Shown: positions 63,585 through 64,000 of the stretch, one piece after another
How positions within the stretch are numbered: the stretch's first letter is position 1
Layout: each line of letters starts with the position of its first letter
Origin: Rhodospirillaceae bacterium
GTDB lineage: Bacteria > Pseudomonadota > Alphaproteobacteria > Rhodospirillales > CALINB01
Assembly (NCBI GenBank): GCA_038114465.1
Contig: JAYNQW010000007.1
Location: 71,212-135,211 of the forward strand
Reading direction: 5' to 3'
Length of the DNA stretch: 64,000 nucleotides
Notes under the pieces: model-generated
What the model was told of the DNA's origin: nothing
Seen by the model: the letters and a program-made list of their open reading frames with translations, nothing else
Databases searched by the model: none
Position numbers and translations under genes: made by a program

Positions 63585-63928
63585 ATGGCGACGGAAAATC
63601 ATTCGGATCAAAATGATAAGCGGCGTTATCCGCGCGTCGCGCTATCCAAGGCAGCACGGGCACGGGCCAAAAAAGCGAAGACCAGGACGCGGTCATTCGC
63701 GATATTTCCGCCAGCGGCGCATCGATCCAGATGAACACACCTTTGGCAGAAAATTCGGCCATCGAAATCAAAATCGATGGCATCGACCACGATATCTCGG
63801 GTCATGTCGTGCGCGCATTCGATGACGGCGTCGCCGTCGAGTTCGAGTTGGAAGCGGCCGAAGAAGAGGCCTTGCTGCGCGAAATCAACGCACTTCACTC
63901 GGCGACGTCCCGCGCCGACGAATTTTAA
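63585..63928 (+). pseudogene. PilZ-domain protein gene interrupted by a 1-nt frameshift
   Basis: ATG 63585 follows AGGGGAGAG and encodes ...DKRRYPRVALSK (RxxxR half-motif), then stops at 63732. The second half-motif AVIRDISASGASIQ and the rest of the beta-barrel are in the frame ending at 63928. Adding one A to the A6 run at 63669-63674 joins them. Confidence 0.6.
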
Positions 63929-64000
63929 TTTTATTTTATCTTCTTCGATTTTTTTGAAGCAGGCGGCGCTTGTTTTAATTCGAAGCGCTTGCCGTCAACC

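Overview
Overall: a dense, mostly housekeeping chromosomal segment that looks alphaproteobacterial. The supporting synteny blocks are argJ-mutT, parvulin/secA, xerD next to aroK-aroB, J-protein-cobS-cobT, psd-pssA, ppx-rlmE and guaB-rsmB-like. A eukaryote-like dimeric IDH and Tat/TRAP uptake systems fit the same picture.

Content: I support about 65 protein genes, 2 tRNAs (Leu-UAA, Gln-CUG) and a few intrinsic terminators. I recognise no rRNA, CRISPR array, transposase, integrase, phage gene or canonical defence system. Gene packing is tight, with ATGA/CTGA start-stop overlaps and two convergent gene pairs whose stop codons overlap.

Candidates for something new (none can be proven from sequence alone):
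1. An AT-rich islet abutting the 3' end of tRNA-Leu (2.07-4.24 kb). It encodes an XRE regulator, two diverged copies of an unrecognised ~110-aa protein bracketing a SAM methyltransferase, and a tiny acidic ORF. Two near-identical promoter/leader elements appear to drive it.
2. An orphan ~0.6 kb gene-less region (55.8-56.4 kb). It holds a small lysine-rich then acidic reading frame interrupted by an in-frame TAG and ends at a perfect intrinsic terminator.
3. A PilZ-domain gene split by a 1-nt frameshift. An A6 run and an ACGGGC x2 repeat are the slippage-prone candidate sites.
4. An RsmB-like methyltransferase whose conserved-looking N-terminus has no canonical start codon. The only candidate is a CTG overlapping the guaB stop.
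5. Several enzyme paralogues in non-canonical contexts: a signal-less DctP, HisD-like, ArgH-like, and tandem non-homologous IDHs.

Limits: all functional calls are motif-level recognitions from the supplied translations or my own hand translations. No database search was run.
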